From the NCBI RefSeq assembly GCF_902459465.1, contig NC_047076.1:248001-312000 (forward strand): a DNA stretch of 64,000 nt, read 5' to 3'. Both the position numbers and the translations under genes were made by a program. The notes below the pieces were generated by a model. That model saw only the letters and a list, made by a program, of their open reading frames with translations. It was not told where the DNA came from and did not search any database. This document shows, piece after piece, positions 60,101 to 64,000 of the stretch. Every line of letters begins with the position of its first letter. Position 1 is the stretch's first letter. This DNA comes from Asterias rubens. Taxonomy: Eukaryota.

Positions 60101-62914
60101 GTTTCTTCAATCTTTCTCTGTCGTTCATTGCATTTGGTAGATCTATGAATATTTTTTTCTTCTTGTAATATTACTTAACATAAACTGAGGCTCAACAAAC
60201 TTTCAGTCAAATAGAGAGTGTTGTGATGCTCATAGCCAGCCTGTGGCTGTCTGACCCAGTTATTGCAAGCAGAAGTGAGCTGGCCCTCACGCCAAACAGT
60301 ATAATAAAGACTCAACCAGCTCAACCAGGCAGTAACTTGGTTAGCATTCATAATTCATAATTCAAAGGCCTACTCTGATCAGTCTCCAATATGCTAGAAC
60401 TACTAGGACCAAACATATCTGGGCCCAATTACTGCTTAGCAAATTTCTTTGCTAAGCAAAAAATAAGTGGGCACCAGTTTCAACAATGTAAACCTGATAC
60501 AGACGTATCTGGGCCCAATTTCATTTCAGCAGAACTTATTTTTTTGCTTAGAAAATTCTAAGCAAAAAAACAAGTGGGCACTAGTTGCAACAATGAAACC
60601 GGGTACATAAGCTTTTAGTTCAAAAATAAATCTTCCTTTTTCTAGGGCTAAAAATCAAAAACAGACTATAAAAAGTCGAAAGAATTTCATGCACGAGTTC
60701 GATGATGCACAGTCAGCAGTCCTGACTGGTAAACTATTCCACACTTTCCCTACAGTAACTAAGAATGGACGTCATACAATGGAATAGTCTCCCATCCAAT
60801 TACAGCCAACAATCAACATTAATTAACTTAAGACTGATTATGTAAATGATGTTTTGCCCTGACTGTTATGAGGAAGTGAGATTGTATCTTACCATTAAAG
60901 CCATCTTGGTTGATATCTCCAATAGATGCAATGGCTGTACCTAACCTGGACTGTGTCATCTGACCCGTAATAGTACTGGCTTCACTAAATTCAAGCTGCA
61001 ACCAACAAATACAATAAATAGCAAACCTATTATTTTATAACATATGTTGGGTCCTTAAGTAAGAATATTTTATTACATATGTTGGGTCCTTAAGTAAGAA
61101 TATTTTATTACATATGTTGGGTACTTAAAGCCATTGGACCCTTTCGGTAAACAGTGTTGTCCAAGGTCCACACTTTGTGTACCACAACTTCTATATCAAA
61201 TAACAAACCTGTGAAAATTTAGGCTCAATCGGTCATCGGAGTCGGGAGTAAACAACGGAAAAACCCACCCTTGTTTCCGCGCGTTTCGCCGTGTCATGAC
61301 ATGTGTTTAAAATAAATCCGTAATTCTCGTTAACGAGAATTTATATTGTTTTGCTGTTTTCTCAAAAAGTAAAACATTTCATGGAATAATATTTCAAGAG
61401 AAGTCTTTCACCATTGCCTTCTGTAAACCCTGTAAGTTATTTGTAAATCTGTGAACTTTTATTTTTTTTTTCTGAACCGAAAGGGTCCAATGGCTTTAAG
61501 TAAGAATATTTTACAGAGGACTATTTTATTAAGTACAAGGACTGACCTCAGAATTAGGTTTTTTGTGACAAGGGTGTTTTTTCTTCCAATATTATCTTGC
61601 AATTTCGACAGCCAATTGATTTCAAATTTTCAATTTTTGTTTTAGTGCATATGTGGAGATACACCAAGTGAGAAAACTGGTCTTTGACAATTACCATAGT
61701 GTCCATTGTCTTTAAAGATGATATTGTTATTAACTTGACAATGTCATCTGTTGAATGCTGAAAAAGTCCTGCATTCCAAAGCTATAGAGTCTTTGATATC
61801 TTCCCCATAGGGTTTCTAAGTTGCGTTAGAATCAAGGTGTAAAATTACACAGATATTTCTTAATCAAACTCACATTTTCCTTTTGATAGAAGACATAAAC
61901 TCTTCCCGCTTCCCATTTTTCTGCTGTGCTTCTGTAAGCATACATTGGTGCTCCTACAAGAACATCGTCAAACCTACAAAAAAAACACCATAACATTCAA
62001 AACTTGGAGAAATGTTTCTTTAAATGACACATTCTAAAATATCCTAACCCAATTTCAAAGAGCTGCATAAGTAAAAAATATTGATTGACACATTTCTGCT
62101 TAGCAGAAATGAGCAGGATACCAGTCATAAATTGTACATGTGACACGGTAGTTTGGCTGGTAACCTTATTCAAGTAAGCATAATTTTGTTTATGCTTAGC
62201 AGCTCTATGAAATTGGGCCCTGCTGTGTAAACCTGAATCTCAAAGGTACTTCAATTATATTCAAATCATGTCCAGTATTGCCACTATCACTATTTATTAG
62301 AGTAGTACAGCACTCCTCCATAGTGTACATGAAGCCTTATCAATCCATGCCAGTCCACAACATAATCTGAGTGGGTGGATGCAATTGAAATGAAGCAATA
62401 CTCTGTAGCTCAAGGGTGCAAATTACCCAAGTTAGCCCATGATCAGGGAATTATACCAAATTTCATTTCGATTCAAATTTCACCCAAGCATATAACCAAC
62501 CCCCCTCCTACTTCAAGATGATCTTTCCAACCACTTCATCCAGACAGCTAATTGTTTTTCCCCTCAGGGGGTTCACACCAAGGGGATCCAACATCAAAAA
62601 ACATATTGTCCACTCCTTAAGATACAAACATCCTTGCTATAACCAAGAGGCCCTCAAGGGTGTTAAATTTCAGGAAGTAGAAAAGATACAATGACAATCT
62701 CAAACAACTTGGCTGACATTTATCGCTCCCCTGCGAGGATGAGAGTACAACTTCAGGCCAGTGATATTGCCTCTCCTATGCTCCTCAACATCTTTAAGTA
62801 CGCTTACCCATCTCCATTGACATCCACGGCAGCAACGGAGTAACCAAAATAAGACGCCATCTGCTCACCCGTGAGCTCCGCTAGGATGTTGAGACCGGAA
62901 TCAAAGATGGACAC
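45174..62914 (-). CDS. Integrin alpha chain (alpha8/alphaV/alpha5/PS2-like class); 3' part, 21 exons, 745 aa; 5' end lies beyond the window
   Basis: Exons: 62914-62808, 61973-61874, 60995-60893, 59414-59317, 58066-57973, 57399-57354, 56690-56586, 56287-56232, 55804-55650, 55293-55159, 54930-54866, 53225-53078, 52039-51962, 51024-50945, 50608-50522, 49904-49802, 49198-49037, 47593-47366, 46980-46879, 45953-45834, 45239-45174. All GT-AG, phases consistent, total 2238 nt. FG-GAP/Ca-binding repeats ([60 protein letters not shown]), genu ([10 protein letters not shown]), CDIGNP, furin site RNKR, TM segment [24 protein letters not shown] and cytoplasmic CGFFKR. Confidence 0.95.
45358..45540 (-). 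mobile_element. RTE-type LINE 3' fragment
   Basis: Reverse strand [19 protein letters not shown]... runs into a (GAT)n tail, a typical RTE end. Confidence 0.45.
47840..48283. repeat. 45-bp minisatellite, about 10 near-perfect copies
   Basis: AATATTCAGATGTTAGTTTTAATGAGTACATTTATAGAGGAATGA. It produces the spurious [18 protein letters not shown]. Confidence 0.92.
49157..49291. repeat. 70-bp tandem duplication spanning an integrin 3' splice site
   Basis: Units start at 49157 and 49227. Each carries TTCTTGTAG|GT and about 42 nt of exon sequence. Confidence 0.85.
49304..49492. mobile_element. Harbinger-like MITE (another copy at 62048-62220)
   Basis: GGGCCAAATGTCAT...ATGAAATTGGCCC termini, with an interior shared with the other GGGCC-terminated copies. 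Confidence 0.65.
50765..50890 (+). mobile_element. tRNA-derived SINE fragment (related piece at about 36730-36810)
   Basis: GATAGCTCAGTTGGTAGAGCACCGGC A-box head, decayed B-box, then TTGTTCAACCCCAAAT body. No intact cloverleaf. Confidence 0.55.
51089..51627. repeat. 31-bp minisatellite, about 17 copies, inside a Harbinger-like MITE (about 51065-51791)
   Basis: AGCAGGGAATTCCGTGCTTACATCAAGCATT. The same motif occurs once inside MITE copies at about 16538 and 26168. The element ends GCCATGGAATAGGGCCC. Confidence 0.9.
52476..52828. mobile_element. Kolobok-like MITE, family C
   Basis: TTAA|AGGATTTGGGTAC...TACATAGACCCT|TTAA with imperfect TIRs. The interior resembles the other Kolobok-like copies. 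Confidence 0.6.
53139..54208. repeat. 119-bp tandem array, 9 copies, spanning an integrin intron-exon junction
   Basis: The GAGACCTGAAG motif recurs at 53221, 53340, 53459, 53578, 53697, 53816, 53935, 54054 (variant) and 54173. The first copy is the true acceptor and start of exon 53225-53078. Confidence 0.93.
54290..54460 (-). mobile_element. L2-type LINE 3' fragment
   Basis: Reverse strand reads [11 protein letters not shown], followed by AAGCGCTGTGG...GGCGCTATATAA tail. Confidence 0.5.
58037..58325. repeat. Diverged triplication (units of about 110 bp) spanning an integrin 3' splice site
   Basis: Related units with AG|GT acceptor-like junctions at 58066 (real), 58180 and 58286. Confidence 0.75.
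58828..58991. mobile_element. Short palindromic MITE
   Basis: CCTGCTGTCGATTTCACCAA pairs imperfectly with TTCGTGAAATCAGCTGCAGG. Internal AGGATTAATC / GATTAATCCT inverted pair. Confidence 0.55.
58999..59210. mobile_element. MITE with TATAGA-type TIRs
   Basis: TATAGAAGATGTGACCT pairs with AGGTCACATCGTCTATA (1 mismatch). Confidence 0.6.
60058..60150 (-). mobile_element. RTE-type LINE 3' end
   Basis: Reverse strand [24 protein letters not shown] followed by (GAT)n. Confidence 0.6.
61129..61495. mobile_element. Kolobok-like MITE, family A copy 2, inserted at TTAA within a 35-bp tandem repeat (about 61032-61517)
   Basis: Perfect TIRs AGCCATTGGACCCTTTCGG / CCGAAAGGGTCCAATGGCT with TTAA flanks. 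Opposite orientation to 464-833. The host unit resumes as TTAAGTAAGAATATTTT. Confidence 0.85.
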
Positions 62915-64000
62915 CTGTCGAGATGGTCATAGGGCGGAAATAAGAGTTAGAGAAGATTGGGAGGGGAATCCAGAGGGAGAGAAGGATCCTGATTAAGATG
63001 GAGAAAAATGACAAGAAAGAATCCAAGACATACAGAGTAATCACCCTTCATATCTTAGCTTACTTTCAATCTTAGCTAAACAAATTTAATTTAGCTCAAT
63101 TTCAATCTTGGATTAACGAATAGCCCAGAATTAAACTAAGGTTTAAGAAAGAACCCAAGACGTACAGAGAAATACCCTTCATATCTTAGCTCAATTTCAA
63201 TCTTAGCTTAATGAACAGCCAGAATTAAACCAATGTCTGCTCTGGTCATGACAATGGTCTCAATGCCCCTTGAAAATATTCTAATTAACTTGAAGATTTT
63301 CCAGAAGAGGTTCTCTTCACAAAATCAAAATGGCCTTGCCCTTTCAAAGATTAAATTTCAGGCCTGTTTGAGTTTCTATAGTGAGGTAGAAATTGAATGC
63401 TCCTTACATTTGACTTTAATTTAGTATTCCCAGAGGTTCATATTTTAATTTGACAATTTCATATCACAATGAGAACAAGCTCAGAGTAGAACTCGACCTC
63501 TGGTTTGCATTTGGTAAATAACGATGTTCATCTACACATGAATCAACATGAACATTTATAAAAAGACAAGTCAACTGTAAACAAATTCCTGCCTTCCTCA
63601 GTAACGACAATCCGAGTAGCTCTAATATTAAATATTCAACATCCTGATTAATTTATGCATCATATCCTTGTAGACGTACAAGATTAAATCACTTTCTAGT
63701 TAAATTATTGTTAGCAACATAAAAAATAATGTTGACTTAATATTTACTAATTTATAATTCAATGCATTTTTGATGACTGCAACCTTGAAGCAGTTTTTCA
63801 GCCAGTGTTTGCAATAAAAAAAAAAATTATGCATTGTACAAAATAAAGAACACATTTAAATTTATGAATGCATGACAAGGGAACGTTTAAACATAGCATC
63901 TGAGGGTAACTATGACAACCTATGCTTCAAGCACAAATGGTAAAGTTTCTATTGAGGCTGCTTAATTTGGGATGAAAAGCTAAATATGATGAAAATAGGA

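Overview
This is AT-rich, intron-rich animal genomic DNA. The repeat families and protein styles suggest an invertebrate deuterostome such as a sea star, but that is inference. I assembled five genes by hand from GT/AG junctions and reading-frame phase. (1) The last three exons of an L-galactose-dehydrogenase-like aldo-keto reductase (+, 3-1857). (2) A 5-exon C7orf78-like gene with a QMSG/QMGS-repeat tail (-, 4403-7116). (3) A 28-coding-exon ABCB1/P-glycoprotein gene (+, 13558-39100) that carries one extra T in NBD1 at about 20623. (4) A small secreted Spaetzle/neurotrophin-like gene nested antisense in an ABCB1 intron (-, 32414-33984); the ORF track shows only its first coding exon, and its C-terminus has been rewritten by a tandem duplication plus a MITE. 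(5) The last 21 exons of an integrin alpha chain (-, 45174-62914). Introns contain a young 5'-truncated L2-type LINE, Kolobok-, CACTA- and Harbinger-like MITEs, tRNA-derived SINEs and many minisatellites. The most unusual structural theme is tandem duplication across 3' splice sites (four cases). One is a 9-copy 119-bp array in the integrin gene in which each extra unit reads as an in-frame 72-nt candidate cassette exon plus a 47-nt GT-AG spacer. No rRNA, intact tRNA or CRISPR array was found.
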